The notes below the pieces were generated by a model. The model was given only the letters and a program-made list of their open reading frames with translations. It did not search any database and had not been told where the DNA came from. From IMG/VR virus record IMGVR_UViG_3300025534_000006, positions 1 to 64,000 of that record: 64,000 nucleotides of DNA. One strand, 5' to 3'. Each line of letters begins with the position of its first letter. Position 1 is the stretch's first letter. Made by a program: the position numbers and the translations under genes. The stretch is from a virus (Duplodnaviria > Caudoviricetes). Below, in pieces: positions 18,922-27,812 of this stretch.

Positions 18922-19476
18922 TTAGACCGTACCGCTGGTCCGGAAGCTCTCCCCGGAGAGGTCCTCCCGCACGCGCTCGATGGCCCTGCCGTCCAATGTT
19001 GTCAGGGTCACCGAGCGCAGCACGACATGCCCGTCCGGCCGCATCCTGATCTCCTGCTCGCCATTGCCCCATAGGGCGATGGTGGCGAGCCAGTCCACCT
19101 GATCCACTCCCGCATCCGCCTCAAAGACGTAGTGGACGCGCGCCCGGCCATCATGGTTGTAGGGGTGGGCAAGGCGCCGCTCGGCAGTCCAGCTTTGGCC
19201 GAGGGAATCCCCGGCCGCCAAGGCACCTACGGTGCGCTCAGAGAGCACCATGGAGCGGTAGACAGTGATGCTATGCCTGCTCCCCACAAGGGCCTGTAGC
19301 GCCGTCTGCGCGGCTTTGACATGGGCGAGATCGAACGGTCCCGACAGACCGTCGCCGAGGTCCTCCCGGTGTTCCCAATCCTCGATATAGGGCAGGATCG
19401 CCTCGGGATCGTCGTACAGCCAGAGGACGCGCGCCCGGCCCTCCACGATGCGGATCAGGTCTCTCATGGTGGTCAT
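18922..19476 (-). CDS. Putative R-S-E-type ADP-ribosyltransferase-fold protein with leader
   Basis: MTTMRDLIRIVEG; TVYRS, LGQSWT, VDW, EQEI. Confidence 0.55.
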   Translation of the reverse strand: MTTMRDLIRIVEGRARVLWLYDDPEAILPYIEDWEHREDLGDGLSGPFDLAHVKAAQTALQALVGSRHSITVYRSMVLSERTVGALAAGDSLGQSWTAERRLAHPYNHDGRARVHYVFEADAGVDQVDWLATIALWGNGEQEIRMRPDGHVVLRSVTLTTLDGRAIERVREDLSGESFRTSGTV

Positions 19477-19512
19477 GGGGCAGTCCTTGGTTGGTGTGCG
19501 GCCTACTTCCGG

Positions 19513-20133
19513 TCAGCGACGCCGCTTCTTAGAAAAGAGGTCAAGATCGGGTGCCTCGGTTTCGGAAATCCGCTCAATCTTCCACTGCGGCAGGCGGCTA
19601 ACGAAGATAACACCACGCGGCGCCCAACCGCCTTTCGTCTTTGGCGCCACCACCAAAGGTTCGTCCCACCAGACACCATCAATACCGGTCTCATCTTCAA
19701 GGTAGACCGTCAAGGCAAGGTCAAAGGCATGATCCGGCATAGGCAACATGCCGCCGAGCCTGTCCCAGAGTGCTGATTGGCCGGTGACGCCATTCGTGCC
19801 TACCTTTGCCCGCCTCAGATAACCTTTCTGCTCAGCCCATGCGATCACCGCCTCTCGGTTCTGCTGGGTCATCGCATTGATGTCCACGAACTGGTTGCCG
19901 TCCTTCACCAGTCTCCACAGATCACCGTGGACCCAACCCCCGTCGATGTATCGCCAGACGTTGGGATGCAGCGACACCGAAAGACCGCTTCCCTCGAAAC
20001 TGATCTTCTGCTTGCGCAGCCGATTCATGGAACCGACGTGATAGAGCGCATCGAAAGATCGAATGGGGAAATCGGACCATGCCCCGACGCTCTCCACGAG
20101 GTTGATATAGTGTCGGAGGGTGCAAGCGGTCAC
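19513..20133 (-). CDS. Divergent ART-like protein with leader
   Basis: LRHYINLVES; LYHVG, GLSVS.HP, IDGVWW, RGVIF; TAAATA at 20162-20168. Confidence 0.45.
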   Translation of the reverse strand: MTACTLRHYINLVESVGAWSDFPIRSFDALYHVGSMNRLRKQKISFEGSGLSVSLHPNVWRYIDGGWVHGDLWRLVKDGNQFVDINAMTQQNREAVIAWAEQKGYLRRAKVGTNGVTGQSALWDRLGGMLPMPDHAFDLALTVYLEDETGIDGVWWDEPLVVAPKTKGGWAPRGVIFVSRLPQWKIERISETEAPDLDLFSKKRRR

Positions 20134-20161
20134 GGCGACAGACCTCAGTCAGTGGATGATC

Positions 20162-20168
20162 TATTTAT
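20162..20168 (-). promoter_or_regulatory. Late promoter TAAATA
   Basis: ATAAATA upstream of 20133. Confidence 0.6.
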
Positions 20169-20195
20169 CTTCCCGGCTGTCGATGGTTTCCGGAA

Positions 20196-20752
20196 TCAGG
20201 ATCGCGGGATACCCGCCTTCTCATACTGATCCCAGCCCCAAGGATATGTGGTGAGGTCGGCAACGTAAATCTGTGACGGGGGGGGATGATGCCCTGATAT
20301 CCAACGGCGTGGTAGTCCTAATCGAGCGACTGCTGCCAAGGCGACTTTTTCGCCAGTTCCAATGCCTCCTCGGCGGACAGCCCTTGCTCGCTTGCCAACT
20401 CCTTAGCGCGGTTTAGGATGAAGTCGTCATCGGCCACCAGCAGCGATGGATCGCGGATTTCGACATCATAGATGATCGGCTTCCCACCCAGCCTTTTTGC
20501 TTGCTGGGCAGCGTAGCGGAGCGCCAATGTCACAGAATCCGTCAGGTAAATCGTTCGATCCGTCCAGCCGGGGATGAACGAACTGTTCCCACGGAACGGA
20601 CTTTTCGACTCCACCTGTGGGATCAAACCGTCCCTCATAATCGAGGCGTGATGGAGAGAGGTGGTACCGTGATAAAGAGCCGGGATGAACTCGGATTGCT
20701 CGTGCAATCTGGCGCCTTCGACAATTCGGATCAGGTCTCTCATGGTGATCAT
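20196..20752 (-). pseudogene. H-type ART/Tpt1-like protein with leader; C-terminus disrupted by TAG and a C8 frameshift
   Basis: MITMRDLIRIVEG; LYHGT...IMRDGL...IYLT...ALRYA; TAG at 20318-20320 followed in frame by DYHAVGYQGIIP, then shifted PSQIYVADL... Confidence 0.55.
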
Positions 20753-20768
20753 AAAGGTGATCCTGCTT

Positions 20769-21212
20769 TTAGGTCTCTGGCGGAGTTCCGACCACCGCCT
20801 TGATGGTCTTGGCTCCCTTGGCGAATGAAATCCCGATCCGATGGAAGCCATCCCAGACATGCACTTGTCCTTCGTAGATGGAGATGACGATGGGTTCCAC
20901 GATCTCCTGCGTCATCATGTCGGTGTAGCCCCGGTCGTGCCCATATTGCCCTATGAACGACGCGATCTCCTCCTTGATCCACTTTCGCCATTTGGCAGCG
21001 GACATGATGTGTGTGAACTTCGAGAGCGGGAACTCCGGCTCATAGCGCCATGATCCTTCCTCCGGATCGAAATACGCCGGGCTGCCATCGTCGTTGTCAC
21101 CCCGGACAAGCGCCGCATACTCCCGCAGTTCATCTTCGGACGCAGTGATCCATTGGTCAGAGGTATGCGATTCGACCAGCCTGATCAGGCCACGCATCAT
21201 TTGGGCAGTCAT
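20769..21212 (-). CDS. ParB/Srx-like domain protein with leader
   Basis: MMRGLIRLVES; EPIVI...VWDGFHR; TAAATA at 21241-21247. Confidence 0.65.
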   Translation of the reverse strand: MTAQMMRGLIRLVESHTSDQWITASEDELREYAALVRGDNDDGSPAYFDPEEGSWRYEPEFPLSKFTHIMSAAKWRKWIKEEIASFIGQYGHDRGYTDMMTQEIVEPIVISIYEGQVHVWDGFHRIGISFAKGAKTIKAVVGTPPET

Positions 21213-21240
21213 GGGTTGGTCCTCGGTGACGGCGTGCTAC

Positions 21241-21247
21241 TATTTAT
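21241..21247 (-). promoter_or_regulatory. Late promoter TAAATA
   Basis: ATAAATA upstream of 21212. Confidence 0.6.
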
Positions 21248-21260
21248 CCGGATGCCGCAG

Positions 21261-22286
21261 TCAAATGATCGAATTGACCATGCCCATCGCAGGCGACGGG
21301 ACCGCGCCGTAAACCACCTTGGCGCCTGACGGACGAATGTCGATGATGCAGACGATGCGAGCCGGACCATCGAAGCCGACTGGACCCAGCAACCGGATGC
21401 TGTGTTGGTGCCCAAGATGCGGGTGGACCATGCGAGGATAGTGGCGAACCACCTGATCCTTGATTTCCATCCACCGCATATGATCGGTGTCGCCATAGCC
21501 ATAGACGGCATGGTCGGTCCAATAGGCCATGAGTTCGTCGAGGAGAGCTTGGTCCTTCTCGCCGCCACCGGCCCATTGGTGAAAGCGGTCGGCTATCTCC
21601 TGCCACTCGGGTGCGTCAGGCGTCGGACAACGCTCGGCGATCTCGTCGGCAATCTCCGCGAAGTTCCCGCCGAAATACTCCCCCGTGATCTTCTTCAACG
21701 CCATGTCGATCATGTCCTCGTCGGGCAGTATCGCGGCTCCGTCGTGGACCTCGATGACAATGAGAGCGGCGTTTCCCCAAAGACCATGGGCTGCCATGTG
21801 CCGCTCGATCACACTGGGCGTGTCGGTGGCGTAAACGCCCTCAAGGCTGTCCCAGCGACCATCATGGTAATTGCCGCCGCCATAGTTGGGTACCAGCCCC
21901 TTCTTCAAGATGGACCGAATGTTCTTGCGGGCGGTGACGTGTAGGAAGTATCGGGCACCAGCGACACCATTTGTGACAGGCATCGTGTGAGCGATGGCCG
22001 ATGCATACCTCCGAAGCTCGTCGTCGCTCTTGCCCTCGCACCGTTCGCGGACCTCGGCCTCGGTACGGCCCTCTTGGGTGTAGTGAGCGACCAAAAGATC
22101 GATCAGTTCCTCCCGGCTCATGCGCTGGACGCTTCGGCGTCCGGACGCTTCCACAAGCGTGGCTATCTCTGCGGTCTCGGGTCTGTCGAGAGAGGCGCCG
22201 CCCCGGTTCGACCGGGCGAACCAACGTTTAAAAGCGGGACTATCGACAAGGTTGCTTTTCGTCGCGCTCTCCACGAGATTGGGCAC
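21261..22286 (-). CDS. ART/Tpt1-like domain protein, start abutting IS end
   Basis: PNLVES, SPAFKRWF; YFLHVT.RKN..SILKKGL.P; GVYAT; ILPDED. Confidence 0.55.
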   Translation of the reverse strand: MPNLVESATKSNLVDSPAFKRWFARSNRGGASLDRPETAEIATLVEASGRRSVQRMSREELIDLLVAHYTQEGRTEAEVRERCEGKSDDELRRYASAIAHTMPVTNGVAGARYFLHVTARKNIRSILKKGLVPNYGGGNYHDGRWDSLEGVYATDTPSVIERHMAAHGLWGNAALIVIEVHDGAAILPDEDMIDMALKKITGEYFGGNFAEIADEIAERCPTPDAPEWQEIADRFHQWAGGGEKDQALLDELMAYWTDHAVYGYGDTDHMRWMEIKDQVVRHYPRMVHPHLGHQHSIRLLGPVGFDGPARIVCIIDIRPSGAKVVYGAVPSPAMGMVNSII

Positions 22287-22298
22287 TATCAGGTTAGA

Positions 22299-22766
22299 TC
22301 ACGCAGCCACTAGGGCTTGTGTCGTCCCTGATTTCACGGGCGCCTCGCGGCGCTCGGATGACCTCACCACGGCAAACGGCACCCCACCGAAGTAGGGATT
22401 CGTCGTTCGTGGGTCGGCGGGCAGGCCCCGCTGCCCGGATCGGCCGAGCTTCGAAAGGCCCGGCCGTCGCTCAGACATGGGATGGCGGGCCGTGAAAGCC
22501 GCCACCAGATGCCCAAGGACTGCCGCCTTCCTCTGGAACACCGAACCGATAGGGAGCGCACGGCGCTCCCCGATGTTCGGCGCCGCATTGAGATCGGCGT
22601 GCTTGGTGTGGCCGCACCACAGGCAGGAGAACCTGCCCTGCGAGCGGCGATTTCGGGCGTCCACGTAGCCGCAGGCATTGCAGGTCTGGCTGCTGTATGC
22701 CGGGTTGACCTCGGTGGACGTGATGCCGAGCCGCTGTTCGAGGTCGGCCAACTTGGACTGGATGCG
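22299..22766 (-). pseudogene. tnpB: TnpB C-terminal fragment (RuvC end, Zn ribbon)
   Basis: IQSKLADLEQRLGI..TEVNPAYSSQTCNACG....R.SQGRFSCLWCGH..HADLNAA.NI; no own start. Confidence 0.85.
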
Positions 22767-23385
22767 GGTCCAGCACGCCATCGAGTGCCGAGGCGATGGC
22801 TTCCTTGCCGTGCGTCGGGATGACCTTCGCCACCACGTCGCCGCCCCGCTCTGCGGCCACCAGAACCAACGGGCGCTTCGTGCCGCGACCCTTGGTGTTG
22901 GGCGGAGGCGGCGGGTCGTCCTCGTGGTCGCGGGACGGCTTCGCCCGCTTCCGGGGCGGCGCCCCGGCATACATCTCATCGACCTCAATCACACCGGTCA
23001 GGATCGGGTTGGCCTCGGTCATCATCACGCGGATGCGGTGGCCCATGAACCACGCGGTCGGGTAAGACACGCCTAGCATCTCGCCCAGCTTAACGGCGCT
23101 GATGCCCTTCGAGGACGCCACGATCAGGTAGATGGCCTGCAACCACGACAGCAGGGGCACACGGGTCCGGTGCATGGGTGTGCCCGCCGTGACGGTGAAC
23201 TGACCGTCGCATTCGCGGCACGCCCACTTGCGCCGGGTGCCGATCCAACGTGCCCGGTTCACGGAGCCGCAGGATGGGCACTCCGGGCCGTGCGGCCAAC
23301 GGGCGCGCTCGAACCATGCGCGGGCGCTGTCCTCGTCAGGAAACAGGGCGTTGAAGGCGCGCAGGCTCAAGGCGGAACCGCTCAT
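22767..23385 (-). pseudogene. IS1595-family DDE transposase, truncated
   Basis: WFERARWP.GP.CPSCG, C.EC..QFTVTAGT.MH, YPTAWFMGHRIR, GVIEVDEMYAG, KGRGT; breaks after LDGVLDP. Confidence 0.85.
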
Positions 23386-23392
23386 AGGGTGG

Positions 23393-23421
23393 ATACTACC
23401 CCTATTTAGCTAGTGCGTCAA
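23393..23421 (-). promoter_or_regulatory. sigma70-like promoter in IS left end
   Basis: TTGACG-N17-TAGTAT upstream of transposase ATG; spacer contains CTAAATA. Confidence 0.55.
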
Positions 23422-23437
23422 CTTGATAGGTCCGGGA

Positions 23438-23830
23438 TCATTTACCTCGGAAAGCGTCGGTCATTTTGTCACTCGGACCTTGGAGGTGATCCGCGTAGGT
23501 CCATGGCGTATCGTCTCGCCCGATGGCAGGCCATGGGGCGTTTGGATCGAACTGCCGTGCCGTCCAGTCAAACCAGTACCCCGCGCAGGTCGCCACTCGA
23601 TGTACGGTGTCGTTCACTACAGCGATCTCGTCCGCGTACACGTCCCGCTTGCTGTAGCCATGGCGCATCAGAACATCGCAGAATTGCGCCGAAGCTCGAC
23701 CGCACTTATCGCGGGCACCCTCCGGGGTCGCGTATTCGGGGTGCTCTCGCTTGAACTCCTCGACCGCTGCCTGCATCGGCGCAGGCAGGCGCATAAGATC
23801 GATTGAGGAATTTTCGGACAGGGCGGTCAT
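23438..23830 (-). CDS. Putative papain/transglutaminase-like fold protein
   Basis: KCGRASAQF...H.V...WFDWTARQF (Cys-His-Asp order). Confidence 0.45.
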   Translation of the reverse strand: MTALSENSSIDLMRLPAPMQAAVEEFKREHPEYATPEGARDKCGRASAQFCDVLMRHGYSKRDVYADEIAVVNDTVHRVATCAGYWFDWTARQFDPNAPWPAIGRDDTPWTYADHLQGPSDKMTDAFRGK

Positions 23831-23860
23831 TATGCAGTCCTCGGATTGAGCTATCGAAAA

Positions 23861-24175
23861 TCAGGATTGTGTGGCCTTCTGCATGGCTTTCACCTTCCGC
23901 CGATGCCGTTTCCGTTCTGCGAGGCGAGCGCGGATGGCATCCTCGTCGGTGGTGTCGAGAGCAGCCATGATTTCGTTGAAAACTGCGTTCCGGACCGACA
24001 CGAGCATGGTGGGCGTCGATGCCTCCACGGCTGCCGGATACATCGTCTCGATATGATGGGCGACGGCCTTGCCGATGTCCATGGCGATCTCCTTGACTAG
24101 ATCGCGCGAGAGCGGCGCAGGCTGCCGGTCGGGGACAGCCAAATCAGTTGCGCGAGGGTGTGGGTTGTTTTTCAT
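23861..24175 (-). CDS. Hypothetical protein
   Basis: GC3-rich portion of ORF 23861..24376. Confidence 0.6.
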   Translation of the reverse strand: MKNNPHPRATDLAVPDRQPAPLSRDLVKEIAMDIGKAVAHHIETMYPAAVEASTPTMLVSVRNAVFNEIMAALDTTDEDAIRARLAERKRHRRKVKAMQKATQS

Positions 24176-24741
24176 GCAGAGTTCCTGTGGTCTGGTCGTT
24201 GTCGGTTCTTGGATGGTCCAGATTGTTATGGGATAGACGCTTGCCGAGTTGCAGCCACGCCGAAGCCAAGGCGTTCCGTTGAACCATCGCCGGAATTGAT
24301 CAAGGCACTCGGCATACTGTTGAACGAGAAATAACCCCTTGGAGCGGGCCGGGCAAACCAAAAAAATCGGTTGCACTGATTTTTGTTTGTGGTAAGTTCA
24401 TCCCATGACGCGGTACCGGAAACCGTTGGGATGAAGGAGATGCAAATGTCGGCCGGTTTGCCCATTAGCCACACGCATCAACTCGTGGTCGCCGGGCACG
24501 ACCCGTCCGATGTCGTCGTGGCCCTTCTTGGTACGGCGAAGTCGCTGATGGCGGTGCCGGAAACCGTGGCCGCTGCCCGCGTAGCGCAGAAACTACTCTG
24601 CGCGCGCGAATTCATCCGGTGCCTCCTGTACGGGGGATGGGTATCAGGGCCTCTCCGCTTTTGCGGATGGATGGAAGTGTGCCATCTTCGCGAAGCCTGA
24701 TCCGGTGGTTCCTAGCGAGGGCTGATTTTTGCGGATTTCCC

Positions 24742-25245
24742 ATGATGACCGAGAGAGCGATGGCCACCCCAACGTCCGACCCGATGAATGACTCGATTAT
24801 CGCCCGTCTGGAAAGAGCAAAGGAGACCCTCGTCGCCAACGGTTGGCGACGTATTCCTCGCTTTTCGACGCCTCCGAACCCTTATCCATTCGGTACGCCG
24901 GAATGGCGGAAGGAGATAAGCCGGATCAGCGCCATGGAGTTTGAAGCCCGGCGCAACCCACATGTCATCAACCCGGATGGCGTCGGACTATTCGCCGCCT
25001 TGATTCCGGAAAAGGAAATGGCGTGGGAGACTGCTGCCGAGATGCTGAAGTCCATACAACTGGCAATAAATCGCCGCGATTCTCCTGCAATCAGGAGCGA
25101 CGCGATGATGATGCTGGTACATGCCGAAATTCTGATTTGGTGCGAGGACCCAGCCCGCGTCGATTCTGATGTCGTGGACCTGCTGAACAAGGCGATCCAA
25201 ATCCGTGCGGAACGCGTTCGCACTGGAACTGGATTGGCGGTATGA
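24742..25245 (+). CDS. Hypothetical protein
   Basis: ORF 24619..25245; internal ATG chosen. Confidence 0.5.
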   Translation: MMTERAMATPTSDPMNDSIIARLERAKETLVANGWRRIPRFSTPPNPYPFGTPEWRKEISRISAMEFEARRNPHVINPDGVGLFAALIPEKEMAWETAAEMLKSIQLAINRRDSPAIRSDAMMMLVHAEILIWCEDPARVDSDVVDLLNKAIQIRAERVRTGTGLAV

Positions 25246-25349
25246 GCATCCCGGTTGCCATGGACGTTTGAACCGAGGAACTCCGCTTGCACCGATTTCG
25301 AGTTGTTGTAGCTCCTATAACGCGATTTCGATGATGAGGTGCAAGCGCC

Positions 25350-25549
25350 ATGGCGAATCTCGTTGATCGCAAGAGCCATGCCTACAAGGAAGGCCGGAGA
25401 GCGGGTGCCGCCGACCGTCCCCGCGCCAGTAATCCCTATCAGACCCGTGTTGGCGAATGGAGCGATTGGGATGCGGGGGCTGGCTGGCCGGGTACTATGA
25501 CATCGGGTGGAGCAGGCCACCGAAGCCCGCTCTGAAATCGCCGAAATAG
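25350..25549 (+). pseudogene. Rmf/CrpP-like small protein, frameshifted at G5 tract
   Basis: HAYKEGRRAGAA...NPY...WSDWDAG then GWLAG in the shifted frame after GGGGG 25475-25479. Confidence 0.5.
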
Positions 25550-25620
25550 TGGCCGGGGTCCGATCCTCCGAGGAGGATGGGCCTCGCCACCCGGATGCAC
25601 ATGCAACAACCTCGTGGACG

Positions 25621-25836
25621 ATGGAGACGACGATGTTCAAGGTAGGACACGCCATCACCAGTTCCGGCCTCTGGTTCTGCGATGTGCTCCGTGATGGGCG
25701 CATCTACTGCTCCGTCGCCAACATGCGGACCGAGGAGGAGGCCCTGATGCGGGCGACCAAGATCGCCGACGCCTTGAACCTCGCCACCAGCCAAGGGGTG
25801 ATCGATCCCGAGGCCACCGCCAAGGTTGTGGGCTAG
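25621..25836 (+). CDS. Hypothetical protein
   Basis: GC3-rich part of ORF 25507..25836. Confidence 0.5.
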   Translation: METTMFKVGHAITSSGLWFCDVLRDGRIYCSVANMRTEEEALMRATKIADALNLATSQGVIDPEATAKVVG

Positions 25837-25844
25837 ACCCGGCA

Positions 25845-26060
25845 ATGTGCGCCGACGATGAACGCCCGTGGTGGGCCGGGCTCGATGAGCCCGATGCCAC
25901 CTGCCACAATGTCGGCCTCTCGGGCAATTGCGGTGACGACTGTCCGGTCCTGCACCGAGGCGATTGCCAGCACGAGACGGATATGCTGGCGAGTGAACTG
26001 CGGGACGAATCCGTCAAGGCGTTCTTCGGGAGGTGGTCGCAGGCGACCGAACCGAAATAA
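25845..26060 (+). CDS. Hypothetical Cys/His-rich small protein
   Basis: ORF in + run. Confidence 0.4.
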   Translation: MCADDERPWWAGLDEPDATCHNVGLSGNCGDDCPVLHRGDCQHETDMLASELRDESVKAFFGRWSQATEPK

Positions 26061-26109
26061 TTAGGTTGACGACTTCCGGATTCTCACTAAGATGCGCTCA
26101 TAGCCTTGA

Positions 26110-26511
26110 GTGCAGATGATGGAGGTTGTTGTGGCTCGCAGCGAGCAGTTCACGCAGCAAGAAGCGGAAGTCCTCCTGCATCGCCTCGACACGGGCTGCA
26201 TCACCGAGGCACTTCTCGACGATCCGGAGTACGACGACCTCACCGAAGCCGAATGGGAGACTGCGCGGGAGCGGCTGCTGGCATGTGAGGCCAAGCTGGC
26301 AGACATGCTTCGCGGCGGTCATCGCATCACGAACGATGACGAATTGCTCATGGTGGTGCTCGCAGATGCTTTGGAGGGCACGACGTACTTCCCGCCCCTT
26401 CGGAACCTCCACCCGGACGAAAAGCGCACGACGCTGGCGCTGAGCCGGAGCCTTGAGCGCAAGATCAGCCGATTGGTCGGAAGGCAGGTCCGTAGCCCGC
26501 TGGAAAGCTGA
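26110..26511 (+). CDS. Hypothetical protein
   Basis: Upstream TTGACG...TAAGAT; acidic helical ORF. Confidence 0.6.
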   Translation: MQMMEVVVARSEQFTQQEAEVLLHRLDTGCITEALLDDPEYDDLTEAEWETARERLLACEAKLADMLRGGHRITNDDELLMVVLADALEGTTYFPPLRNLHPDEKRTTLALSRSLERKISRLVGRQVRSPLES

Positions 26512-26520
26512 GGTTCGAAC

Positions 26521-27045
26521 ATGGACTTCCGGCCCGAGAAGGTCATTATCGGCCGCGTCGCAGCACGGGAGTACAGTGTCTATGACCCGGTGCTTGATCT
26601 CTGGGTCGTGGTTGGCGCTGATGGGGGCGTGCGCTTCGAGAGCCCGGAGCCAGTCAGCCTAAGCGAGTTCTTCCCAGCACCCGACGCCGGTACCGAGGAC
26701 TTCGCGGTGAGGCTGCTTGCGTGGCTGCGCGAAAATGCCGGGACCGGCGAGGTGATTGAGGGTCGATGGGCCGATTGTGCGGATACTCAGGCGGCTCGTG
26801 CCGCCGTGTATTCCTTCGACGGCACCGCGCCGCTGGCGGTCGAAACGGGGCTGGAGTTCAATTGGGATTTCCGGACGCGCGACGTGATCTTCGAGGTCCG
26901 TGGCGACCCGGAGTTGGTGGACGAGTTCCTCGCCGAATACCGCGTGCAGTTCCCGCGCGAGACCTATGACACCACTTTCGCGGAGCACCCCGCACCCGAG
27001 GGTGCGAAGTGCGTGCGCGTGGTCCGCAGGAAGCTGTTCGATTAG
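26521..27045 (+). CDS. Hypothetical protein
   Basis: GAGG RBS; GC3-rich ORF. Confidence 0.65.
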   Translation: MDFRPEKVIIGRVAAREYSVYDPVLDLWVVVGADGGVRFESPEPVSLSEFFPAPDAGTEDFAVRLLAWLRENAGTGEVIEGRWADCADTQAARAAVYSFDGTAPLAVETGLEFNWDFRTRDVIFEVRGDPELVDEFLAEYRVQFPRETYDTTFAEHPAPEGAKCVRVVRRKLFD

Positions 27046-27806
27046 CCCGATGCCCCGAGATGCCCGAGCAGTTCCGGAGTGCCGACGGCGTTGAGCACCT
27101 GCTTGGCGCAAGGGTTCTGGAACAGGCTGAACAGCGAGTTGGTCATCGCGAAGTTCAGCATCTCGGTCATCGCGGTAGCCAATGCCTGAACCTCGTTTCC
27201 GATCATGGTGGTGATGTTGGCGGCAACCATTTCAATCTGCGCCACCGCACCCATGATCGCTCCCAAGGCGGCTTGCATGTCCGTCAGGACGCCGGACACC
27301 ACGTTCTGGATCGTGCTGGTCATCGCGTTGATCTGGCTGGTGATCTGGTCGATGAACCCCTGTGCGCCGCCCATCAGTGACCCGAAAAAGTTGCCCATAC
27401 CCGCACAGGGGTCGGTCCCCGGCGCGCCAGTATTGCCTTGCGAGGGCATGTTGCAGCCCGCGCCCACGAGGCCGACTTGGGCAGCTAGGTGGGACACGGC
27501 CAGACTGAGATTGCTGACAAGGTTCTGAATCTGCGTCTGCAAATGCGAGATCAGCGCCGACACCGCCCCCATGGCGACGGCCTCGATACGCATGATGAGG
27601 GACTGCGCGTCCAGCATCAGGGAGGTCAGGATCGCCTCGGGAATCTCTTGGATGCGCTCGATGGAGCCCAAAAGCTGATCCTTGAGGGCCATTGCGCCCG
27701 TGATGGCGGTGGTGGCGAATGCGCCGCCGGACTGCAACAGGCCCATGACGCCGCAGGTGCCCGGATTCGTCGGAAAAGCGATGATGCCTGAAATGTTGAT
27801 GCTCAT
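27042..27806 (-). CDS. Putative baseplate-associated helical protein
   Basis: Directly downstream of PAAR gene; Ala/Gly-rich helices with spaced Cys. Confidence 0.5.
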   Translation of the reverse strand: MSINISGIIAFPTNPGTCGVMGLLQSGGAFATTAITGAMALKDQLLGSIERIQEIPEAILTSLMLDAQSLIMRIEAVAMGAVSALISHLQTQIQNLVSNLSLAVSHLAAQVGLVGAGCNMPSQGNTGAPGTDPCAGMGNFFGSLMGGAQGFIDQITSQINAMTSTIQNVVSGVLTDMQAALGAIMGAVAQIEMVAANITTMIGNEVQALATAMTEMLNFAMTNSLFSLFQNPCAKQVLNAVGTPELLGHLGASG

Positions 27807-27812
27807 GATGGT

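Larger units (their letters stand above)
22282..23433 (-). mobile_element. Internally deleted IS1595-family element carrying a tnpB 3' remnant
   Basis: Imperfect TIRs GGCACTATCAGGTT (22282-22295) and GGACCTATCAAGTT (rc 23420-23433), 11/14 match; transposase 5' half joined to tnpB 3' part; no TSD seen. Confidence 0.7.

Noticed and set aside
20318-20320. TAG recoding (alternative genetic code)
   Set aside because: Only one internal TAG seen, and many genes end normally at TAG
22299-22988. Functional TnpB/Cas12-like nuclease
   Set aside because: Only the C-terminal about 150 aa are TnpB; the ORF's N-terminus is out-of-frame transposase DNA and RuvC-I is missing
23403-23409. CTAAATA as a native phage late promoter
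   Set aside because: Lies inside the IS left end, within the spacer of a sigma70-like promoter; may be coincidental
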